From positions 1,411-65,410 of the IMG/VR virus record IMGVR_UViG_3300005366_000001: DNA of 64,000 bases. The stretch is one strand, 5' to 3'. The DNA is from a virus. Its lineage: Duplodnaviria > Caudoviricetes. A program made the translations under genes and the position numbers. Of this stretch, positions 56,124 through 64,000 are shown piece by piece. The notes under the pieces were generated by a model. That model was not told the DNA's origin. It saw only the letters and a list, made by a program, of their open reading frames with translations, and did not search any database. Numbering within the stretch: the stretch's first letter is position 1; each line of letters opens with the position of its first letter.

Positions 56124-56432
56124 ATGACGCTCAAGATGATATTGGAAATGAAGACCACGCAGGAGACGTTCACGAGCGAGCGTCAGTGGAAAGAGTCTGT
56201 CTTCATGGTACGAATGGGGCCGATACAGCGACGGTTTCATTTGGTCAGCCCCGATCATAATGCTACAGGGCCATACGGGCGAGTCTTTCACTCCTTATGC
56301 GGTACAGATTCCGGCGATTGGCGAAGCATTCAAGTCGGAGACTTACCGTTCGGTACATGGTTGTGCGGCACATGCGCCCGAGTAGGAGTGCGGCGTGGGA
56401 TAATTGAGAAACAACCCGAGAAACAAAAATGA
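56124..56432 (+). CDS. Hypothetical protein
   Basis: ORF 56091..56432; SLCG...LCGTC motif. Confidence 0.55.
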   Translation: MTLKMILEMKTTQETFTSERQWKESVFMVRMGPIQRRFHLVSPDHNATGPYGRVFHSLCGTDSGDWRSIQVGDLPFGTWLCGTCARVGVRRGIIEKQPEKQK

Positions 56433-56586
56433 GATACGACTGGATAACCTACATCCCTCCTCCGAAGCGCCGTCCTTTATGGCGGAGGCTCCTGCGAGCG
56501 ATTCAGAGGCTTGTTTGGTGGTAGAAACACGAAAGTCCTTTGATTGATTTTGCAGATGGTTTATAATCCTTTCGTTTGATAAATAC

Positions 56587-56720
56587 CGCTTGCCCCGGTC
56601 ATTAAACAATCCCTTTGGAGCGATTTGATAGTCGCGTTACGCCATAAAAGTCTCTAACTGTTTCCAAAGGGCAGAAAGGGCGGGCAAGCGCGGGCGCGAC
56701 TATCAAATCGCTTTTTCTTT
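56587..56720 (+). promoter_or_regulatory. Structured attenuator-like leader upstream of the replication gene
   Basis: TATAAT at 56562; three perfect complementary pairs (9, 9 and 18 bp) followed by a T-tract. Confidence 0.7.
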
Positions 56721-56736
56721 TCCCTTAGACCGCCAA

Positions 56737-57654
56737 ATGTATCGTATTCGCGATTGGAACTTACACTTTGAAAACAACCGCACTCGCGAGTTGAAAGAGT
56801 TGCGATTTGTGATCATTCCAAATAAGCAAGACGGAGACGGCTACACCGAACTAATGGATCACCCCAACGGACCGTCACACTACGCTGCATGGATCGGAAT
56901 CCTCCAAGTCGCGTCGAAGGGTTCTCATCCCGCAGGGGGGTGCGGGATTCCCGCAGGGTGCTGCGAGTGTCGCGGCACTCTCCTGCGGGACGGTGCGAGA
57001 TCGCATGATCCAGCCTCCCTCGCAAGATTGACGCGAATCCCTGCTTCCGTATTCGAAGAGGCGTTACCGCGGCTTGTGGTCATCGGATGGCTTGACGTGG
57101 AAACTATTGAGGAACCGGGAGTTACAGATATCCCGCAGGAAGTCGCACAAATCCCGCAGGGGGGTGCGGAAAAGCGCGAGATTAGTGCGGCCCTCACGCG
57201 CGCGCGCGGAACAGAACAGAATGGAATAGAACAGAATAGAAAACAAGAAGAAGAAACAACACCGTCTCGCGCAAAGCGCTCGACTGAGCAACGCGGTTCA
57301 CGTCTACCCGATGATTTTGAGCTTTCAGAAAGCCTTAAAGCGTTTGCGGTATCGGATGCCCCGCATGTAAGGCTAGAAATCGCTCTTGCGGAGTTTAAGG
57401 ACTATTGGCGCAGTATTCCCGGCGCACGTGGGAGAAAGATAGACTGGGAAGCAACTTTCCGTAATCGATTAAGGGAACTGGAGGGAAGAAGAAATGGCAA
57501 TGGAACGAGTCAACCCCAGCCAAATCAAACGGCTGCTGAACGAAGGAACGCCGCAATCATTAGGAACCAGCAACGTGCAGCCGAGCTACGCAGCCTCGGT
57601 GATGAGCGAGTTGGATCGATACTTCGCAGGGAACCCGGCTCGTCCAGTGGATGA
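56737..57654 (+). CDS. Phage replication initiator-like protein
   Basis: Low-complexity central linker; C-terminal GSRLPDDF...EFKDYW...KIDWEATFRN. Confidence 0.75.
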   Translation: MYRIRDWNLHFENNRTRELKELRFVIIPNKQDGDGYTELMDHPNGPSHYAAWIGILQVASKGSHPAGGCGIPAGCCECRGTLLRDGARSHDPASLARLTRIPASVFEEALPRLVVIGWLDVETIEEPGVTDIPQEVAQIPQGGAEKREISAALTRARGTEQNGIEQNRKQEEETTPSRAKRSTEQRGSRLPDDFELSESLKAFAVSDAPHVRLEIALAEFKDYWRSIPGARGRKIDWEATFRNRLRELEGRRNGNGTSQPQPNQTAAERRNAAIIRNQQRAAELRSLGDERVGSILRREPGSSSG

Positions 57655-57973
57655 CGAATTCGACTTGATGGTTGAGGCGTGGACGCTCGCGTTGCAGGAC
57701 ATAGTGCCGGAGCGCCGGCTTGGTGAAGCGGTGACGCACGCACGGCAATCTCGAAACTCGAACTTCGTACTTGATGTTTCCGAGGTTTGCTCCGCATGGC
57801 AGAGAATCAAAGGGGCCGAGCGCAGTGTGCCTCCCGTGGGAACATATGACTGGCGATCCAAAAACGTTTGCCCGCAATGTCACAACACTGGAACGCGACT
57901 GGTAGTGAGGCGCGATCCACTCTTACAGCGTGACTACACGTATGGCGAACCGTGCGGAACATTGCGCGATTAA
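57494..57973 (+). CDS. Replication accessory protein (helicase loader/inhibitor-like, tentative)
   Basis: Overlaps the initiator 3' end; AWTLALQDI; CPQCHNTG. Confidence 0.55.
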   Translation: MAMERVNPSQIKRLLNEGTPQSLGTSNVQPSYAASVMSELDRYFAGNPARPVDDEFDLMVEAWTLALQDIVPERRLGEAVTHARQSRNSNFVLDVSEVCSAWQRIKGAERSVPPVGTYDWRSKNVCPQCHNTGTRLVVRRDPLLQRDYTYGEPCGTLRD

Positions 57974-58000
57974 CAATGCAGCATTGAAAGGATATCAACT

Positions 58001-58207
58001 GTGAGAACCTTACAACGAGATAGTTTGATGAACTTTCTCAAAGGCTTCATCGCCTCCAATGGCTACGGTCCAACCATCAAAGAAATCGGCGATTACTTCG
58101 GCTGGAGTTCAAGCGCTTCTGTTCATGATAAGTTACGAGCACTTGAAAACCTAGGACTGATTAGGCGCTCACGAAGGTGGCGCGGGATTGAAATTGTCAA
58201 CGGATGA
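58001..58207 (+). CDS. LexA-type DNA-binding domain only
   Basis: NGYGPTIKEIGDYFGWSSSASVHDKLRALENLGLIRR; no peptidase domain. Confidence 0.85.
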   Translation: MRTLQRDSLMNFLKGFIASNGYGPTIKEIGDYFGWSSSASVHDKLRALENLGLIRRSRRWRGIEIVNG

Positions 58208-58219
58208 AGGGAGAAAACT

Positions 58220-58870
58220 ATGCAAATAGAGCGCACGTACAAAAAAACATCATTAAAGTTTGGTCAGACCGTTGTTTGCGATGAAGAAACATTCAGCACC
58301 GTGGCTAGACAGACGCAAATGGGCCAACACCAGAAAGGCGAATGCGGCAAGGATTCCTGCACGCACTGTCCTGAGGTTGCTCTCGGTAGACTAATGAAGG
58401 GCGCGACGGTCGAAAGTTTCTTTAGTAAGTTCAAGCTGATTGAGACATGAAATGGAAACTCATTTAGTCTGTAACACTCAACCTCTTTGTCTCTGTCTCG
58501 GTGAGGACACGGACAAGTATTCAAAGTACGAATGCGAATGCACTGGCAACATCGTAGGCTTCAGCAAAGAGAAGTGTGAGAACTGCGGAGCGCCAATGGA
58601 GGAGACTGTAGATGCATGAGCACACAGCCAAGTTTGTTTGATTCAGTTATCCCAGACTACGTTGATCGATGTCTTGAGTTGGGCGCAAAGATTGTCAAAC
58701 GCGGCAAGGGCACGGTGGGCACGGTGTTGTGTCCGTCCTGCAAGTCAGAAAAATATCTCAGGCCAGAGTTTCAAGATGGAACAATCATCGCAGATCATTG
58801 CGGCTGCGGACACTCATTCAAACCTGAAGAGGCCATGATCCTGACGTTTCAAGGCGTGGATAGAGCATGA
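58220..58870 (+). CDS. Small Cys-containing hypothetical genes (58220-58450, 58616-58870)
   Basis: ORFs with GGAG RBS and CxxC motifs. Confidence 0.55.
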
Positions 58871-58889
58871 GGAAGGCACGGAGGACAGG

Positions 58890-60323
58890 ATGAGGCTTGT
58901 TTCCTTGTTCAGCGGTATAGGCGGATTTGACTTAGGATTTGAACAGGCCGGGATGGAGTGTGTTCAGCAAGTAGAGATTGATAGAGATTGTCAGAAGGTT
59001 TTAGCGGCAAGGTTTCCTAACACAAAGAGGTTTGAGGATGTCACAAAGATCGGAAAGCTTGAGCCAGCCGATGTTATTTGCGGAGGTTTCCCCTGCCAAG
59101 ACTTGTCTGTGGCCGGCAAGCGCGCGGGCTTGGCTGGAGAGCGGTCAGGGTTATGGTTCGAGTTTTTACGAATTATTGAATCAAATCTCCCGCGATGGAT
59201 TGTCATCGAGAATGTGCCCGGCCTTCTTAGTTCCGATGGGGGACGAGACTTTGCCGCAATCCTTCGAGGGTTGGTCCAATGCGGGTATGTGCTCGCGTGG
59301 CGGATCTTTGATGCTCAATATGACGGAGTGGCACAGCGCCGCCGCCGTGTGTTCATTGTCGGAAGTCTTGGAGACGGAAGTTGCGCCGAAATACTTTTTG
59401 AGTCCGAAAGCGTGTCGTGGAATCCTCCGACGCGCAGAGAAGAGGGGCCGGGAGTTGCCGCCACAATTAGAGGCGGCACTAGTGGCGGTAGCACACACGG
59501 AAAACCCAACGGAAGTGATGAACGAGAAATGATCGTTGCGGCAACCTTAGACCAACGAGGACGCGGACCAACGGATGCCGTGATGATGAACCTACAAGTT
59601 GCCGGATCACTTGCTGCGCACTCACTGGCTCACGGTCACGCAATGACTACGCAGCAGGCCGCCGAGTCAAATCATCTTGTGTCAATGCCTCTTAAGGCAA
59701 AGGCGAATAGTAGCCACGATGAATCCCACGAGACTTACATCTATCACGAAAACATAGATGGCAAGGTTTATGAATCAGCGGAGTGTCCAGCATTGCGCGA
59801 CTTCCAGAAGGATACGCCGTTAGTAGCGATAGCATTCGCAGAAAATCAGCGAGCAGAGATCCGCACTAGTGACATCGCGCCTCAGTTGTCGTGTTCAGGC
59901 GGCAAGCCGGGAAGTGGTTATCCTGCAATAGCGTTCGGATGGAACAAGAGCGCTTCGCAAACGATGCGAGTTGATGACGAAACAACCGACGCTTTGCAGT
60001 CAAGCCCACAGAGCAACCCCGCGATAGCGTTCAGCGCCGGTCAGGGGTCAAAAGCGCGAAGCCTTGCGGAGAGCTACGAGCACACGCCGCCCTTGAAAGC
60101 GGCAGACAGCGGACTCAACCGAGTGCCCGCAATTAGCAACGGCTTCGGAGTCCGGAGATTAACGCCGCGAGAGTGCATGAGACTTCAGGGCTTCCCTGAC
60201 AGTTGGTTTGATGGAACAGGGCTTAGTGATTCAGCGATGTACCGATGTTTGGGGAACGCCGTCGCTGTGCCCGTTGCCAAGTGGATTGGCGAGCGCATAA
60301 TGAAAGTCGCGGCAAAAGGATGA
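58890..60323 (+). CDS. dcm: C5-cytosine DNA methyltransferase
   Basis: SLFSGIGG, GGFPCQD, ENV, QRRRRVF, RRLTPREC.RLQGFPD, GNAV. Confidence 0.95.
   Translation: MRLVSLFSGIGGFDLGFEQAGMECVQQVEIDRDCQKVLAARFPNTKRFEDVTKIGKLEPADVICGGFPCQDLSVAGKRAGLAGERSGLWFEFLRIIESNLPRWIVIENVPGLLSSDGGRDFAAILRGLVQCGYVLAWRIFDAQYDGVAQRRRRVFIVGSLGDGSCAEILFESESVSWNPPTRREEGPGVAATIRGGTSGGSTHGKPNGSDEREMIVAATLDQRGRGPTDAVMMNLQVAGSLAAHSLAHGHAMTTQQAAESNHLVSMPLKAKANSSHDESHETYIYHENIDGKVYESAECPALRDFQKDTPLVAIAFAENQRAEIRTSDIAPQLSCSGGKPGSGYPAIAFGWNKSASQTMRVDDETTDALQSSPQSNPAIAFSAGQGSKARSLAESYEHTPPLKAADSGLNRVPAISNGFGVRRLTPRECMRLQGFPDSWFDGTGLSDSAMYRCLGNAVAVPVAKWIGERIMKVAAKG
59032..59532 (+). CDS. Nested alternative-frame ORF (M.EcoHK31I beta-like)
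   Basis: 166 aa inside dcm; SLSEVLE...KYFLSPKACRGILRRAEKRGRELP. Confidence 0.6.
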   Translation: MRMSQRSESLSQPMLFAEVSPAKTCLWPASARAWLESGQGYGSSFYELLNQISRDGLSSRMCPAFLVPMGDETLPQSFEGWSNAGMCSRGGSLMLNMTEWHSAAAVCSLSEVLETEVAPKYFLSPKACRGILRRAEKRGRELPPQLEAALVAVAHTENPTEVMNEK

Positions 60324-60886
60324 AACGCTCTCGCATAGGACCAAAGACCTACGAGGCCGCACTTGCTTTGAGGATCGCTCAGGACGCACGAAGGCGGGAG
60401 AAGGTGTCTCAGAAGCCTCATAAGTCTCAAATCGCCTCAGGGAAGCCGCTAGAACGTAAGCAGGGACTATTACAGCGCCGTAGCAAGCCGATGAAAAGAG
60501 TCTCGGGAGCAGCCAGTCTGAAGAATAGGGCTTGGAGAGAGTTCTCAGTCTTCATTCGGCGTCGCGGCACAGATGAGCGCGGTTATGTAAAGTGTGTTAC
60601 CTGTTCAGTCGTAAAGCACTGGACGGTGATGCATGCCGGACACTTTGTCTCAGGCCGTGGTAATTCAATTCTATTTGATGAGCGGGGATGCTGGGCACAG
60701 TGCTTCAATTGCAACGTGACCTTCTGCGGAAATCTGTCGGCGTATGAAAAGGTCATGCAGGAAAAGTTCGGACAGAAGGTCGTTGATGAGTTGAAGTCCC
60801 AGCGAGACAAGACGGTGAAGTGGCTACCTGATGAGCTAAAGAGCATTGAGGGGCACTATCGTCGGATTAATCGGAGCAAAAAATAA
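60320..60886 (+). CDS. ninG: NinG/Rap-like recombination endonuclease
   Basis: FSVFIRRR, CVTC, HAGHFVSG, AQCFNCN. Confidence 0.85.
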   Translation: MKRSRIGPKTYEAALALRIAQDARRREKVSQKPHKSQIASGKPLERKQGLLQRRSKPMKRVSGAASLKNRAWREFSVFIRRRGTDERGYVKCVTCSVVKHWTVMHAGHFVSGRGNSILFDERGCWAQCFNCNVTFCGNLSAYEKVMQEKFGQKVVDELKSQRDKTVKWLPDELKSIEGHYRRINRSKK

Positions 60887-60954
60887 TCCCGCTGGCTATA
60901 GACACGTCTACATAGTTATGCTATCTTGTCTTCCTTGAAAGGGAGGATAGGATA

Positions 60955-61650
60955 ATGCTACATAATGAACCATGCAGACTTGATAAAACGCTTAGCCCTG
61001 AACGACCGTTTGCAAGCGTGTTAAAGCAGACGTATACGCGACTAGACGGGATAGATGCCAAGTTGCGCGAGTCTATTACGGACTCTGTTTCTCGAATTGC
61101 CGCCGATCCGACTGACGGGATCGCATGGCGAGGTGAGGGGCTTATTGAAGATCAGACAACGTTGTCCGTTCTTATTGAGGCCAGCCACGCGCTAGCGAAA
61201 GCAGCAACACTGGAAGATGTCTTACCCGCATTTGAGCAATTCTGTGAGCGCTATAAGGGCTATGTCATTTCATGGGCGCATCAAGGCGAAACATCTTCGT
61301 CTTCTATGTCTAATATCGCCAGCCGGACAACGCTGGCGGCGACGGCGAAGATGTTCGGATCGTGGGGCTTTGCGCAGGAGATCGAGCGGGAGATAAAAAG
61401 CGATATTGAGGAAAGCAAAAAGCGGTTCGTGGTCGCCGAGTTTGTGGATTTAAAGGTTGACGAATGGTTTAGAGCGGAGCCGGATCTGACTTCTATGGCC
61501 TATCGCAAACACTCGCCCCGCAAGGCAATTGAAGGCGTCTGGCCCGTCGAGAAAGCGCAGAAGCGGACGTTCAGTCCGCGCGATCGTGTGTACATCTTCC
61601 GCGTTCCCCTGGAATCCGATGTGCTTTATACGGAGGAAGCGGCAGCATGA
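60955..61650 (+). CDS. Hypothetical protein with its own promoter
   Basis: TAGACA-17-TATCTT promoter and GGGAGG RBS. Confidence 0.7.
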   Translation: MLHNEPCRLDKTLSPERPFASVLKQTYTRLDGIDAKLRESITDSVSRIAADPTDGIAWRGEGLIEDQTTLSVLIEASHALAKAATLEDVLPAFEQFCERYKGYVISWAHQGETSSSSMSNIASRTTLAATAKMFGSWGFAQEIEREIKSDIEESKKRFVVAEFVDLKVDEWFRAEPDLTSMAYRKHSPRKAIEGVWPVEKAQKRTFSPRDRVYIFRVPLESDVLYTEEAAA

Positions 61651-61823
61651 GACCGTCGCTTAAGCAACTTCACTGCCTTCGCTGTGATGCCTATTGGTGG
61701 CCCAAATCGCTCAAGAAGCCGGAACGCTGCGCAAAGTGCAACTCTCCATACTGGCAGACCGAACGCGGTGCGAAGCAAGGCAGACCAAAGAAACGAGCAA
61801 CGAATAACGAGAGTGCCTGAATA

Positions 61824-62510
61824 ATGGCTCAACGTTGGACAGAGGACGATCTCTACAACTACCTAGCCAAGAAGGCTATGCAGCAAGATCGTGTTCAGAA
61901 AGTTGCGCAACCAATTGAGCATATTCCAGAAGTCTCCACAGGGAAGAGTTATAGCTTTACTGTGTTTGGTGAGCCACAGCCCGCAGGATCGAAACAGGCA
62001 TTCCCTTTACTCGACAAGAAAAGGATTTGCAAGTGCGGACCCGTTGTCGGACCACTCCCGCTCAGGCGACAGAACGGCAGCATCATTGTCAACGTCACTG
62101 ATGACAACAAGGATACAAAAGCATGGCGAAACCGCGTTTCCCAAACAGCACGAGAGGAATACTCAGGACCACTATTGACTGGCTTTGTATCGCTGGAGTG
62201 TGTGTTTTATTTGCCGCGGCCAAAAGGTCATTTTGGAACTGGAGCGAATGAGCATCGGATTAAGCCATCAGCACCAGCGTTGCCGGGAGTGAAGCCAGAC
62301 GTTGATAAGCTTCTAAGAGCCGTCTCGGACGGTCTTACGCAGGCGAAAAACGTGTACGCTGATGACGCGCTCATTGTCGATAGTATCGGGCGCAAGCGTT
62401 ACGGCTCCCCACCAAGAGTAGAAATAGTCATTCAAGAGATCGTATGTGAGCCAAACGAGAATCAGCCGGAATTGTTCCAATCGGAGGGCAGATCCCCGTG
62501 GGAAGTTTAG
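61824..62510 (+). CDS. rusA: RusA-like Holliday junction resolvase
   Basis: GEPQPAGSK, KPDVDKLLRAVSDGL, YADDALIV. Confidence 0.9.
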   Translation: MAQRWTEDDLYNYLAKKAMQQDRVQKVAQPIEHIPEVSTGKSYSFTVFGEPQPAGSKQAFPLLDKKRICKCGPVVGPLPLRRQNGSIIVNVTDDNKDTKAWRNRVSQTAREEYSGPLLTGFVSLECVFYLPRPKGHFGTGANEHRIKPSAPALPGVKPDVDKLLRAVSDGLTQAKNVYADDALIVDSIGRKRYGSPPRVEIVIQEIVCEPNENQPELFQSEGRSPWEV

Positions 62511-62648
62511 AATCAGTATGAATGATTTTCAGCGTGTGCCGGAGTAGTTTAAGCGGAAAAACAATCGTGCGGGTGGTGCACACATGCACGAATGAGTTGC
62601 CAGACTCGGCTGCTGGCCTCGGGCCATTCCAATACAGGAGTTGAACGA

Positions 62649-63763
62649 ATGACGTATCCAGCAGAAGCAGTAGAGCAATACGAAGCGCAATACGCAGTCC
62701 CTTCCGCATCTCAGATCATTGCCGATGCAAACGCCGCGATTGACGAAGCTGTAAAGCTATTCCCGGGCGCTGAGATATATGCTCGCGCCATAGCGGATCG
62801 AGAATCAGTTTTGTCTTACTTGCTGCGATCGGTCTATCGCGCGGGAATGATGGCAGAGGCACTTCGGCAGCACGAGAAGCGCGTGGCGAATGCGCCGGAG
62901 CAGTAACCACTAAGGAGCAATGCTTGAAACCGTGAATTCACTTGTTCGAATAATCTCCGATGACGATGGCCGTGAGACAAAGGATCGCACATGGCATCTT
63001 GTCGATCCTGGCAACGGACAAGGGCCCGCGGCGTTGTGTACGCAGGAGTTCTTTGGTGAGGGCGAGTCGCAATGCGAGTACGAAACGAAGACTGCGGCGC
63101 GGGGCGGCATTACGTGTACGGACTGTTTGCGAATCCTGAAACAGTACAAGGCCGTGAAGCTGTAGCCGCTATCAGGCAAGGAAACGCGTATGACCAAACA
63201 TTCAGACCAACGCTTCTATCGTGAAGGCCGCAAGGTAATGGATCGTGAGCCAGTATCACGCAGTCCGGTCTACTGTACCGCCCGATCCAATCATGCCGCC
63301 GAAATGATCCAGCACGCGCTCAACAACTGGATCGCACTGGGACCATCAAAGACTCCGAAGATGACGGGCAAGGATTACGCGCAGTTGCGGAGAACGAACA
63401 AGGCAGTTCACATCGAGCGCGAACGCTGTGCGAAGATTGCCGAGATAATTCCTGAGAGCGAATTCGATCTCGACCACGAACCGGCGCTCACTGAAACGCA
63501 AATCCGTAGAGGCATCGCCGCCGCTATCAAACAGGAGAGCACCGATGTCACGAAGTCGGACTAAGAAAAATCTCGGTGCTGAATTATTCAGGCTGGTCGA
63601 GCAAGATCAGGGCTGGGCGTTCATCTCTGATGCTATCGATGAATTGCCCGACGAGCGCGTGTTCGACATCGCGCGGGGCGCGTTGAAACACACTGAGATT
63701 GTCGCCGCTAAGATTCGACGATTTCTCAAGAAGTACGAAGGAAGCACCGATGCCACTAAATGA
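62649..63763 (+). CDS. Small hypothetical genes (62649-62906, 62920-63165, 63190-63564, 63545-63763)
   Basis: Co-oriented ORFs with AGGAG/AAGG RBS. Confidence 0.6.
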
Positions 63764-64000
63764 GAGTGAACTGAAGACACTGCTTGAAGTAGCGGAGAGA
63801 GCTGCGAGATTGCGACCGGGACCGTGGGCGGTTCACGATTCGTGCTCGTGGCGTCGTATTGGAAGCACCGCTCCTTATGGGGACGGCGACGTGATTTCCC
63901 CGACGACGCAGCGAGACGGGCATCCCGATCTACTGGCCGAGCGTGAGGTGCTGGACCACGTTGCAAAGTTCGACGCCACCACCTGTGCAGCACTGGCGCG
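63750..64000 (+). CDS. Ead/Ea22-like protein, runs off the window
   Basis: Manual translation LLEVAERAARLRPGPWAV...HVAKFDATTCAAL. Confidence 0.55.
   Translation, partial: MPLNESELKTLLEVAERAARLRPGPWAVHDSCSWRRIGSTAPYGDGDVISPTTQRDGHPDLLAEREVLDHVAKFDATTCAALA

Noticed and set aside
1-64000. CRISPR array, rRNA, retron or other RT, Ro60/TROVE gene
   Set aside because: No regularly spaced repeat-spacer series or matching motifs seen.

Overview
The window holds most of a ~52% GC temperate siphovirus genome or prophage. The host is probably an Acidobacterium (Blastocatellia-like); this is my inference from the Xre-HTH and lectin-like families and is not verified. Gene order: end of an early/middle operon (1-2064); membrane and secreted small genes in the lysis position, with no recognisable endolysin (2138-5688); an accessory fibre-like structural module placed upstream of the terminase (6464-13681); TerS/TerL, SPP1-like portal, a split MuF-like minor head gene, scaffold, HK97-type capsid, connectors, tail tube, frameshifted chaperones, tape measure, GTA-type tail tip and an SGNH spike (15113-38356); a leftward accessory/immunity region with a SWIM-DDE transposase where an integrase is expected (38359-46940); and a rightward early operon with ERF, YqaJ, a truncated tnpB, replication initiator, C5-MTase, NinG and RusA (47012-64000). 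Best leads: (1) two promoter-driven antisense tRNA-mimic RNAs flanking the NlpC/P60 tail gene, one a clean circularly permuted tRNA cloverleaf; (2) no integrase in the window, but a SWIM-DDE transposase behind a perfect 36-bp palindrome set between divergent promoters; (3) a minor head gene interrupted between matching AAG codons; (4) several structured RNA leaders. All family calls come from motif recognition by eye, not database searches.
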